A DNA stretch of 26,271 nt, from contig JANKJI020000002.1 in the NCBI GenBank assembly GCA_024626585.2, positions 247,889,332 through 247,915,602 of the forward strand. The letters run 5' to 3'. Origin of the DNA: Ginkgo biloba. Taxonomy: Eukaryota; Plantae; Ginkgophyta. Both the position numbers and the translations under genes were made by a program. Below the pieces are notes generated by a model. The model did no database searches. It saw nothing but the letters and a program-made list of their open reading frames with translations, and was not told the origin of the DNA. Of the stretch, positions 12,986 through 24,200 are shown one piece after another. The first letter of the stretch is position 1; every line of letters starts with the position of its first letter.

Positions 12986-14411
12986 ATCAAATATTATCCA
13001 ACGTCCCTTCTGGGTGGATAATGGATCTATCAGCAATTGTGAAACAATATGAGTTTTTCAAAGGACATACAAACCCAATGTTTTCTTTGTTGTGACTATC
13101 GTCATCTTCATCATTGCTCCTAGATCAATAAGCACTTTGAGAAGTGTGATAGTGCCAATGGAAATATCTACCAAAGGAGTTCCTGGATCACCACATTTTT
13201 TTACAAGTTCCTTACCAAGCAAAACATCAGATGTGGCTCCTACAACTTTGATTCAAGCTAGGGCTTTCTTTTGTTTCTTCCCCCTTTGTGTAAAGCTCCC
13301 TGATCTGCTACACATATATGGGTCTGTCCTTCATAGATTGAGTCAATGGAATGTGAATGAAAACGTTCTGCAATTCATCAGAAAAATTGGAATGATGATC
13401 CATTTTTGGTTCTTAGGGTTTCCTCGAACGTTGAGGAAAAGGCACAATGGTTTCTATTTGAGGAGGGGTTGACTTAGGGATGGAGAAAGAATCATATTAA
13501 TGATCAAGGGAATCATGATGTTCCTCAATCATACCATTTCTTTTTTTGAGTGGTTGTTGAGGTGGGGTCCTTAAATGAGTTTTCCTTAACAACCTAAGGT
13601 CACTCCGACACAAGAGGGAGAAATAGTTTCATTTGAGAAATTATTGGATGTTGGAAGAGTTGGCCATTCTAAGGTTTGATTGATATCAATAGAATAGGTG
13701 GCATATTGTTGTTTCATGTTTCCTACAAGGTTGGGGATAAGTTGCGCAGGTAGTGAAAAAGGAAGAGCCTTATTTACAGGTTGAGTAGTATCTAGTTGGG
13801 CAGATCGAATAAGCTAGGGCCCTAGAAGTGGTAAGAACTGGGGATGAATGATTGGTCGAGGAAACATACGTTGATTGCTTGGGTTTAATAATGGTTATGT
13901 TTCATAGGAGTGAAATCAATAATTATCAAGCCTAGATTGTTTGGGATGATACTGAGTTTGCATAGGGAAGGGTGGTCAGTAGGATGGGTTGAAATCCAAA
14001 CTACTACATAGATTATATTGAAAGAAATCATTCAGTGCCCTAAAATTGTAATGATACATACCAGGGGAATAGTTGGGTTGTAAAAATTGTGAATGTGGTT
14101 CATAATCCTATATTGACAACATTTATTCTCAATAGCGTTGGTTCTACATTCCCCTCCTATTCTGCATCTGTGTAGCATAAGTGTACAAACACATCTTCAC
14201 CCCCTTTTAGAGCAGCCTTGAGATCCTTATGCACTGGACAATTCTTTTCATCGTGATGTTCCTTGCAAATTTTGCATTGTACATGGAATGCATCAAAACA
14301 CTTGTTAATCGAATGTTTGTCTAAATTTTGGACAAAAATAGGCAAGGGTGTCAATGTGGCCAAATCTAGTTTCTTGTTATTCAACTGCAAGTTCGTTAAT
14401 TGTCTTGCCAT

Positions 14412-14504
14412 AGTCGGGGAGGCCCGAGAGACGGTGGTTTACCCCGTGGCAGATGTCAGCAATTCAAGTCCACTTATCTCCAGCCCGTGATCCTAGCCGA
14501 TACA
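14412..14504 (+). other. NUPT: plastid trnA-UGC group II intron 3' end, exon 2 and start of the trnA-rrn23 spacer
   Basis: AGTCGGGGAGGCCCGAGAGACGGTGGTTTACCCCGTGGCAGATGTCAGCAATTCAAGTCCACTTATCTCCAGCCCGTGATCCTAGCCGATACA matches the plastid rRNA-operon sequence as I recall it. It is a GC-rich island that interrupts the gag frame and has AT on both sides. Confidence 0.88.
14448..14482 (+). pseudogene. trnA-UGC: Decayed plastid tRNA-Ala(UGC) exon 2 (35 nt)
   Basis: GGCAGATGTCAGCAATTCAAGTCCACTTATCTCCA versus recalled plastid GGCGGATGTCAGCGGTTCGAGTCCGCTTATCTCCA: five differences, all G>A. Confidence 0.85.
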
Positions 14505-15334
14505 ATGGAAGACTATATCTCTTCTTTGAGGTCAACAAAGAGATTGCTTCGCTCAACATTATTTAGTCCTCCCAATGCTTGCCTTATTCGACTTAAGATT
14601 AACAGGAGGAAATGTAACAATTTTTGTTAATGCTCTTCCATCGCATTTCTTGGATGCTTATTAATACTGTAAGCAAAGCTCTTTGATTTTTTAGAATGAT
14701 ACATACTTCTCCTACAAACATTAAGTTAAACCACATTCAAACTCTAGGATTCATCTGCATCCAAACTCTAGGATTCATCCCAGCCAAAAACACTATCTTC
14801 AAATGGGATTTCTTCATGGACATGTTTTGGGCATTATCTGATGAGGTGATCCATGCTTTTGAGATAATCTTCAAGAAATCATTATTCTTCTTGCTTTAGG
14901 CACAGAATTTCTTTACAGAAATTTGTGGCTTGACAATATTCTTGATATTTTATGAGAAGAATTTTGAACATTTGCTCCCATGTGTTGATGGATCCCCTTA
15001 CAAGCTCATAGACCAACGTAATGCAACTCCTTTCAAGATTGATGGAAAAAGCTTCAACATATGGGCCTTTGTGAGGCAATCATAACTTTGATAGAGAACA
15101 TCAAATTTAAATAAAAAGACATCTAGATCCTCTCAACTTCTACCCCAAAACTACATAAGAGTAGCTAGTGCATTTGCAGTGATTGCAATTGGAAAAATGA
15201 TTGTCCTGATTTTGTTATTGAGAGGTTCCTCATTATCATTTCTTATTGCTACCATTTATTTCGTGATGATTTTAATGTCCTTTGACACACCTTTCTATTC
15301 TATTAAATTACCACAATCTAGTGATGGTATCACC

Positions 15335-15350
15335 GTCCCCAATAAGGCCA
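15335..15350 (-). promoter_or_regulatory. Degenerate tRNA-Asp PBS of the minus-strand element; candidate 5' LTR at 15355-15638
   Basis: The plus strand reads GTCCCCAATAAGGCCAAAAATG versus the Athila consensus GTCCCCGGCAACGGCGCCAAAAA-TG. The adjoining segment runs TGA...TCA. Confidence 0.5.
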
Positions 15351-15833
15351 AAAATGACCAATCTCTCTGAATTTTTAAATCTATCATTAAATTATCAACT
15401 CTGGCACAGTGATTTAAACAATGATGTTAGGATGGAATTTCCTCTGCCACATGATGTGGTTTTCAACAATAGAGTATGATACACAGAAAGAATTAACTTA
15501 CTATTTGGCTTAAGACCTACAAAACAAAAATAATCGCAACAATGCCTACTATAAAAATAAAAACACCAAGAAAAAGAAATCTAAGAGGAGAAATGGTACC
15601 TGGTGTTGGATGGGAATCCTTCCTTCCAACACTCATCAAAGTCATCCATGACATTGCTTAATCCATTTTCTTTTTGAGAAAAAATTACATGTAATTTTCA
15701 TTGCATCAAGAAAAATTATACATGATTGCCCAATGGTCAAAATGGCACATTGGTCGTTTACATAACAAATCACTTTTAACTACCTATCCTCAATTTGACT
15801 TGAAAAGAATATTTACAAATCTTGTTGTACACA

Positions 15834-16051
15834 AAGTTACCTTTAGGAAAATAACTTTTCTATTAAGAATAATGACCCAGTTAACTTCAACTTTTAGTGA
15901 AGGTAGCACAAAGCTACCCTTAATAAAGCTTTAAGGTAAGAAGAGTTTACTTTCACAATATACTGAAGCTAAGTTATAAAAGAAAGTTACCCTCAAAATT
16001 TATTGAAGGTAGCTTACAATTCGAAGTTATCCTCATAATACCAAGGCAATT
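15834..16051. repeat. Array of five to six imperfect palindromic units, AGTTACCYTCA-N~8-TGAAGGTARCT
   Basis: Best unit is 15984-16015, AAGTTACCCTCAA-aattta-TTGAAGGTAGCTT (arms match 11/13). Others start at ~15879, 15912, 15944 and 16024, with a partial one at 15834. Confidence 0.7.
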
Positions 16052-16570
16052 AAAAAAGACTAAAAAAAAGACTCCATTATAAATGTTTCTCATATTTGAA
16101 TGTCGCCACACGAGGTTTCATCATTTTTTACTCGAGCAACAAAACTGAGACAAACGAAAAGAATTGTACACACTGAATCATTTTACCTGCCCTTCACCAT
16201 AAGCCACTTCACCATAAGGATAGGCAAAACCTGTACTTACTACCCTTGATAGCGTGAATTTATCGGTATAACCTGATGGTTAAACGTTTTCATGTGGCAA
16301 TCCGCCGGCTTTAGACAGTTGGCATTCATTTTTCGGTGAAGCGGGCTATGCGGCCAACAATTTGCAANNNNNNNNNNNNNNNNNNNNNNNNNNNNNNNNN
16401 NNNNNNNNNNNNNNNNNNNNNNNNNNNNNNNNNNNNNNNNNNNNNNNNNNCAATTTCTCGCATGCATGCATACATCATTTACCATGGTCCATGCCATCTC
16501 TACATTGAAATTCAAATTCATTCAAATTTAAAATATGCGCCATCGATTCATCCAAATTCAGCGTACAGCC

Positions 16571-17065
16571 TGTGAGGATGTATTGGAGTGCTCGAAAGGA
16601 AGATAACATTATTGGGAAAGGAGGGGCAGGAATTGTGTAGAAGCGCTCAATGCCTGCAGGAGACGGTAAAAGAGGTTACCATGTACTGGTAGGGGTTCTT
16701 CTCATGATCATGGGTTTTCTGCTGAGATTCAAACTTTAGACAAGATTCGCCATCGCCATATAGTTAGATTGCTTGGATTTTTTTATAGCAATGAAAAAAA
16801 TCTACTGGTATATGAATACCTGCCCAATAGAAGCTTAGAATAGCTACTTCATGGTTTAAAAAAGGTGGGCATTTGCATTGGAATATAAAGTACCAAATTT
16901 CCCTTGACGCTACCAAGGGGCTTTGCTATTTACATCATGATTATTCTCCTTTTATTGTACACCGAGATGTTAAGTCCAACAATATCCCTTAGATTCCAAC
17001 TCTGAAGCCCATGTTGTAGATTTTGGGCTTGCCAACTTTTTACAAGATTCAGGTGCCTCTGAATG
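16571..17065 (+). pseudogene. BAM1: BAM1/CLV1-type LRR receptor-like kinase, kinase-domain fragment (subdomains I-VII)
   Basis: [126 protein letters not shown], with stops and frameshifts. Ends at a 100-N gap. Confidence 0.93.
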
Positions 17066-18076
17066 NNNNNNNNNNNNNNNNNNNNNNNNNNNNNNNNNNN
17101 NNNNNNNNNNNNNNNNNNNNNNNNNNNNNNNNNNNNNNNNNNNNNNNNNNNNNNNNNNNNNNNNNGACTCGACATGAAACACTTGTAAATGCAATAAAGA
17201 TCTAGCACTTAACAATGATAGATCCAATCCTAGTAACAAGTTCAACATGACACCATATAATTGTCTCACTCTCAGAAGCCCTTTTTCAAAGATATAAAAA
17301 TGACTAGAATATAACAAAATGGTAAAAATTTTCCATGAATTTGATAGGTAGATACACACCAAGAATTAATTGTTTTTTAGGATCGATGCCAATGTTGCAC
17401 AAATCTCAACCCTGACTGACCACTCCGAAGCTTTCATCCATGGACTGCACCATCCATTCGAGCACTACAAATGAACATGATCAAAATGCCTAAACCTAAT
17501 CCTGATGGGGTGCAAAATGGACATCAAACAATAGCATATTCAGATGCACAGCATTCACAACAAACCAGGTTAATCAGTGAAATTTATGAAAATTGAAAAA
17601 AGGTTCAAGATGGAGAAAAGACTAATCGGATACACTACTAAAGATGGCAGGAACATCTTACATCATATAGATTAAAGTATGCTTTTCTCTCCTACATTCA
17701 TAGTCTCAAACAGTGTTCTTGACCAAAGAATACTAATTAGAATTATTTCTTCACCAGACAGTAGAGTCTGGCAATGGAATATCCGGAACAAAATTCTGAA
17801 TGGATTTCATGTGCTTGAGCACTAAAATAATCTAGGTAAATCATGTACAAGACACACAGAATAAAAGACTAAAAGACCAGTTCTTTATCATAGACTTGAA
17901 AAGCTGTCTTATATGAATGGATGATTATGAAATTAGCTGTTGATCATTCTTGAAGATAAAGGATTGCAGCAACATACAGGCCAGCTGATAAAAGATATTT
18001 CTTTCACAATCTCCCCATTCCATAAAAAGCTGGCAAACCACAACCTGTCGGCATGCTTCATACAATGGACAATTGA

Positions 18077-18208
18077 TCAAGTATTGAATCCAGCACGCCG
18101 CCTTCTTGTTGCATTAGAAATAACTACTTGGCCTAGTTTGTCAACCTCGACTGGAAGTGTCCGCTCATTAACAGGAGCATAGTGACGAAACCATGCACCA
18201 GTGTACCA
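18077..18208 (-). CDS. CSY: Citrate synthase last coding exon [43 protein letters not shown]
   Basis: TTTTACAG acceptor and TGA stop. Matches the plant peroxisomal CS C-terminus YTGxWLRHY...DKLGQV..SNA.RRR.AG. Confidence 0.95.
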   Translation of the reverse strand, partial: WYTGAWFRHYAPVNERTLPVEVDKLGQVVISNATRRRRAGFNT

Positions 18209-21200
18209 CTGTAAAATAAAATAGAACAAAGACAATTAAGACATTTGCATATACACCTGAACACATACAAGGCATAAATAAATGAAGAAATCTATCTTTT
18301 GAACCTGTTGTGGCCTCATAANNNNNNNNNNNNNNNNNNNNNNNNNNNNNNNNNNNNNNNNNNNNNNNNNNNNNNNNNNNNNNNNNNNNNNNNNNNNNNN
18401 NNNNNNNNNNNNNNNNNNNNNATATAAATGGGTAAGAGTTTATGCTATTGTTGATCCCATCGTAAATATAATATATTAAATGTCATATTAGAATGCAGAA
18501 ATTCAACCTTGGCAACTTGCATAGACTCTTTCGTGGAATCTTCCTTTGACTTAATCTGTTTTCTAAATGAAACATCTTAAACGTATGGTTAAAATTTTTA
18601 TGTTTGTTTAATATTCAGTTATTTTGTTATATTAAGACTTTTTCGTGATATTATAATTTCACACAACCCTTCCCACAGTCATTCGAACCCAATCTGTTTC
18701 TTGATCTTGTTTGCCTAATTCATTTCAAACTCGTAGAGAAGTCAATCATTTTGCCCTTACCTCGCCATTGTTTTTCCAGCATTCAATCCCATTCCATTTT
18801 GTTGAAAACTCGGCAACATCTTCAAATTCAGGACACACTAATGATAGTGAGAATGCATTTGAGGGAATTGCAGCAGTTCATCTATTCACAAGTGCCTCTC
18901 AATTACCCACCCTCTCTAACGGTCCCTACGATGTATTTATCAACCACCGTGGAAAAGATGTCAAAAAATCACTGGCCAGCAGTATCTATCATACTCTCGA
19001 ACTTTGTGGAGTGCGTGCATTTCTGGATTCAGAGGAACTGCAACACGGAGATTTCATACCTGCAAATATACAAGAGGCTATTCGCTTTGCTTCAGTCCAT
19101 ATTGCCATTTTTTCAGAGAACTATGCAGAATCGCCTTGGTGTTTGGAAGAGCTTTCTCTCATGTTGAAAACGGGGGGAAAGATAATTCCAGTGTTTTACC
19201 ATGTTAAGCCTTGTGCACTTCGCTACAATGAAAAAGGAGTGTACGCTCATGCCTTTGCCCAACATGAAGAGAAGGGGAGATATCCCTCAAAAAAGCTCTC
19301 AGAATGGAAAGGAGCGCTTAACAATGTTTCATTTCGATCTGGTTTCGAACTCAACGAGTTTAATGAGTAATAGATACTTCATTCACACTCCTTAATTTAA
19401 TTTATGTTTTTACATCAGTGTTTCTTTAAAGCTGGTTTTGTTTATATTTTGTACTGCACACACCTGATTTGATATTTTTCTTCACAAAGAGTTTTTTTTG
19501 GGCTTGTAATTGATATCAGCGACCAGGGAAGGTTGTTGAAGGGTATCATCAGCAATATACTAAAAGAGGTGAAAAGGGTGCCATTGGAGGTCGTCTAACA
19601 CCCTGTTGGTCTGGATGAAAGAGTAGAAGATTTCGAAAATAAAATAGCGGATTATTCTGTGATGCAGAGTGGGAATGTTAAAATTATGGGGATTGTAGGG
19701 ATGGGTGGATCTGGTAAAACCACTCTGGCAAAAGAGCTTTTTAACAGGAAGCGTTCTGCATATGACCGATCGAGTTTTTTGTCTGATGTGAGAGATGCAT
19801 CAGCCAAAAATGAGTTACAAAGATTGCAGAGACAACTGTTAAAAGATCTGGCGTGCATTGACTGTGAAATCAACAGCACAAGTGAAGGAAAAGGGATTAT
19901 CAGAGCTCGTCTGAATTATACTGAGATTCTTCTTGTTTTAGATGATATCGATCATGAGGATCAAATAGATTCTTTCATAGCCAGGGATGTACTGATCAGA
20001 TCTGATAGTAGTTTGATTATAGTGACTACCCGTGACAAGGGTATGTTAAGGCGCTCAGAAATCACAATGATGTATGAGGTAAAAGGACTTGATGCAAAGC
20101 ACGCCAGAGAGCTATTTTGTTGGCATGCGTTCCTTGAATCCCTTCCTCTCATTGGATTCGAAGGTTTGGTCGAGGAGTTCTTGAGTGTGGCAAATGGTTT
20201 GCCTTTGTCATTGAAAGTCTTTGGCGGGCATGTCTATGGAAACCATGACACAGATTACTGGGAAGCCGAACTTAAAAAGATCTCCAGGATATTGCCCAAC
20301 GACATAATAAGCATACTAAAAATAAGCTACGATGCTTTGGACGAGGAGGAAAAACAGATGTTTCTAGACATAGCTTGTTTCCTCATAGGCCACGATAAAA
20401 ACAAGGGCATCCGCATATGGAATGGATCAGGGTGGAGCGGTTCGCACAGTCTTCAAACCCTAGAGTACAAGTGCCTTGTCGAAATAGGTGATGAAAACTG
20501 TCTGAAAATGCACGACCATCTTCGGGATTTGGGACGAAACATTGCAGATCAAGCATGCGTTACACATTCAAATCTGGATCCGTGTCGTCTTTGGCGTTCA
20601 GAGCAAGGGACTAAATTTCTAAAGGGACAAATGGTATAATAATTAGCTTCCATCCTCTGATTTTATTGACATTGAGAGGTTTCTGTTTACTTTCTGTGAC
20701 TCAATTAAGGTTTAATTATATTTATTTCATAAATTTTATATTTTTAGAAAATAAAACATGTTCAAGGAGTTGTGGCCAAGGGGCATCAAGGTGAACCTTC
20801 CAAATGGTATGGAAGAATACCGTTGTTGGGAAGTTGTTTAAACAATCTTATAGATTCTAGCATTGGATTAAAACTTCTTGATGTCGGGAGTGATCATCAT
20901 GTGAAAAGAAAGTTATCACAAGATCTTCTATGGCTTCACTGGAGTGATTGTTCACACAGAAGCATTTAGTGGCTTTCATTGAAAAATTTGCGAGTTTTAG
21001 AACTGGATGGAGTGAATACCCAAAAGTTGTGGCATGATGCGCAGGTACCTTGTTTCTTGGGTTTTAGAACTGAATGCCATTTTACGCCATTCATCTATTA
21101 ATTGAGTTTAAAATTAAGGTTAATTATTATAACCATAAAAAAATGAAAATTGCTTGCAGGCTCCTTTACAGTTGAGAGAGCTGAAGATTTTCATGAAGTA

Positions 21201-24200
21201 TAAATGCAAGCCTGCAAACTTTCCACGATCAATACAGTTTCTCAAACATTTGGAAAAGATAGTCTTGAAGCATTGGAGGGGCAACAGTTTGCCAGAAGAG
21301 TTTTGTGGCCTACAATCTTTAAGGCATCTGACACTAGATAGGTGTTCTAAGCTGAGATCACTGCCAAAGCGTTTCGATGATCTGACAAACCTCCAATATT
21401 TACGTCTTGAAAACTGCTATGCATTAGTAATTTCGCAGTCATTCAATCAATTAACACAGCTTCAATATCTTGATTTAAGTTACAGCCGGAAAATCCAATT
21501 CCAACCAGACATTTTAGGAATAAAAGTTACAACGCTCGAGGAATTGAGCGTCCCACAGTGCTCCACATTCCCGCAAGAGTCCCTTATGCAAATCACACGC
21601 CAGGCGTCTCTAAGAAAGCTAGATTTACTTGGTGACTTTTATTTTAAACAAATGCCAGATGAGTTTTGGAGCCTTACTAACTTACAAGTTCTGAAGATTA
21701 GGAGTGCTTCCTTGGTCAGCTTGCCGCCTTCCCTCGGCAATCTGATACGCTTGACATACCTTCAACTGGAGTCCTGCACAAAACTGAAATGCTTGCCTGA
21801 ATCTTTAGGACAGTTGAAACAATTAACACATTTAATTATATCTGGTTCAGGAATTGAATATCTACCCACAATGTCTCATCTCCAACACATAACTCTAAGC
21901 CAGTCAAAACTACAAATCCTATCTATTTCTGGGGATGATTGTCCCAACCTTGAAACCCTCACCCTTTCAAACAATGAATGCTTAGAAGAGGTGGAAACCT
22001 TACCGCCATCCTTAGTGAAGCTGAATTTAAGGGGCTGCATAATACTGAAGAGAATATCGGGTACCTTTAGTCTGTCAAAGCTTCAAGAGTTGGACATAAG
22101 TGGCTGTCGTGAGCTAAAAGAGCTGCCAAGTGTGGTGCACTTGATTTCCTTGGGAACACTTGAAGCGATGGATTGTTGGAAGCTGCAGCGCATAGAAGGT
22201 CTGGAGCACCTGCAAAGATTACAATTTTTGTTCATTTCAGCAGACAAAGCAGTCATTTGGAATTGGATGCGGACACAGGTAATCAAACTTGCTCTTTGCT
22301 GTTTGTGCCAAACGATATAAATGTCTAGCTAATTTGAAGAGTCTGTAGCGGTGTCAGTCTATCGATAATTTCGTGGTAAAATTGCAGAGATTGCCGTTTA
22401 TATCGACTATAATTTTCAGAGGAAGGTCAGTACGTGGGAACGGTGTCCGTGTTGTGGAGTCGATTCTAAATTCCTTCAGCTTTGATTATAAGCCGGTTTG
22501 GTCCGCAGTTATCGTATGCAGTGCAATAGATATTATTGCCACCCGTGATTGGAAATACCGTCCTGATCTTCTCTGTTATTTGCCAAGACCATTCGATGAA
22601 ACTACCGAACATGGAGAATGGATACAGATAAGTATCATCCGGCCCAATTCTATGTTCAGATCCCGATTTAGAGTCAAGGATCAAATAGATAGGATGAGAA
22701 GAGCCCCCAAAAAATATCAAATAAAATAGGAAAAACATTAAAGGAGAAACTAGTTATAAAATAAGGATGAAGTTGAGGCATTATGTTATTATAAATAATT
22801 TGATAGACAAACACAGACACTATAAAGTATAAGTAACTCACTCAAATTTATGCCTCACATATACACCTTTTAAACATGGATTTCATATAGGTTATCATGA
22901 TAAGTTAACTCTTAGAAAGTTTCTTGCAAAAATAGTGCATCCATATGAAACAAACCCTCCAACTCACCTCTTCTGACCACACTACAACAACCTAAGCAAA
23001 ATTTATGAACACCTTTGGATAAGAACTAGCCACACAAGAAATTCCATAAGGTCAATAGAAGGAAACCATCACTTTGAAGGTTCAAAAAGTTCATCTTTAC
23101 ACAAGAACTAGCTGCTCAAGACCTCTATTGGTTTGATGGAATTAAGCGCTCACTAAAATAGTTAAAAAAGAGATCTGCTGGGACATACCTTGCCCAGCAC
23201 ACGTACAATCTGCTTGTCACGAACTGTCTTTGAATTGTAAAGATCCTGACCCTGTGAAAGAACTAGCCAGTTGTCAGTTCTGAAGCACACATATTCTCAA
23301 AGATAATTAAAAAACCCTCAAAAAATCCTAAATGCGGCAGGAAAAATCTTGCATCATTACAGTGCAAATTATTAGAAATAAACACAATCAATATTCAAAC
23401 ATAAGATTTAGGCACTGAGTCTTGGCTTGAGAATGGCAGAATAAATCAAGTTAAAAATAAATTGGGTAAGTCACATTGCTACCAAAAGAAAATAACTGAA
23501 TTAAAAAATGTGTGCATTATCTTTTGATGAGGAAGGTTTTGTCAGTCATTAGAGTCAAACACATTTGAACATTGGCTTGAAAAAGAACAGAGCAGTGTTT
23601 TCCCCCCCTCTATGGTAGCTTCAACTCTTATGTATAGTCATGAAGTATGAGCAAGCATCCCACCCACCCTCAAAAAAAAAAAAAAAACAGGGGGAGNNNN
23701 NNNNNNNNNNNNNNNNNNNNNNNNNNNNNNNNNNNNNNNNNNNNNNNNNNNNNNNNNNNNNNNNNNNNNNNNNNNNNNNNNNNNNNNNNNNNNNNNNNNN
23801 NNNNNNNNNNNNNNNNNNNNNNNNNNNNNNNNNNNNNNNNNNNNNNNNNNNNNNNNNNNNNNNNNNNNNNNNNNNNNNNNNNNNNNNNNNNNNNNNNNNN
23901 NNNNNNNNNNNNNNNNNNNNNNNNNNNNNNNNNNNNNNNNNNNNNNNNNNNNNNNNNNNNNNNNNNNNNNNNNNNNNNNNNNNNNNNNNNNNNNNNNNNN
24001 NNNNNNNNNNNNNNNNNNNNNNNNNNNNNNNNNNNNNNNNNNNNNNNNNNNNNNNNNNNNNNNNNNNNNNNNNNNNNNNNNNNNNNNNNNNNNNNNNNNN
24101 NNNNNNNNNNNNNNNNNNNNNNNNNNNNNNNNNNNNNNNNNNNNNNNNNNNNNNNNNNNNNNNNNNNNNNNNNNNNNNNNNNNNNNNNNNNNNNNNNNNN

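Larger units (their letters stand above)
11175..15638 (-). mobile_element. Degenerate Ty3/gypsy (Athila-like) element: LTR-PBS-gag-protease-partial RT, cut off at a gap
   Basis: Minus strand. gag: GSINTWEQM ~14990 and zinc knuckle CKICKEHHDEKNC ~14238-14277. Protease: LIDLGA ~13120 and FLGCP*LA (ILGRPWLA-like) ~12895. RT: WVSPLVVVPKKGGK ~11500 and TCPWGLFAYPALPFGLC ~11270. Confidence 0.9.
18810..22729 (+). pseudogene. TIR-NB-ARC-LRR (TNL) immune receptor gene, five exons, recently disabled
   Basis: Exons ~18810-19366, 19520-20633, 20748-21044, 21160-22278 and 22388-22729, all GT-AG and in phase. TCG stands where ATG is expected (18810). In-frame TAA at 19596-19598 and TAG at 20967-20969. Confidence 0.93.

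Noticed and set aside
13092-13472. 126-aa plus-strand ORF
   Set aside because: Antisense shadow of the gag-protease region.
14738-14779. 24-bp-period duplication CAAACTCTAGGATTCATC
   Set aside because: Ordinary slippage in a dead gag.
17940-18182. 80-aa plus-strand ORF
   Set aside because: Antisense shadow of the last CSY exon and 3' UTR.
18711-18809. TTG-initiated N-terminal extension of the TIR ORF
   Set aside because: Family-like sequence starts only at ~18810 (ATSSNSG..NAFEGIA); the upstream part looks like 5' leader.
20992-21130. GTTTTAGAACTG repeated in exon 3 and intron 3; AATTAAGGTT(T)AATTAT shared by introns 2 and 3
   Set aside because: Short and AT-rich, so not interpretable without paralog alignments.
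22750-22754. CTAG|T as a Helitron 3' end explaining TNL capture
   Set aside because: No GC-rich subterminal hairpin upstream, and CTAG is common.
22966-22991. Possible minus-strand micro-exon (TTAG|...GAG|GTGAG) as the next CSY exon
   Set aside because: Does not encode the expected APTIAAAAYL-like sequence.
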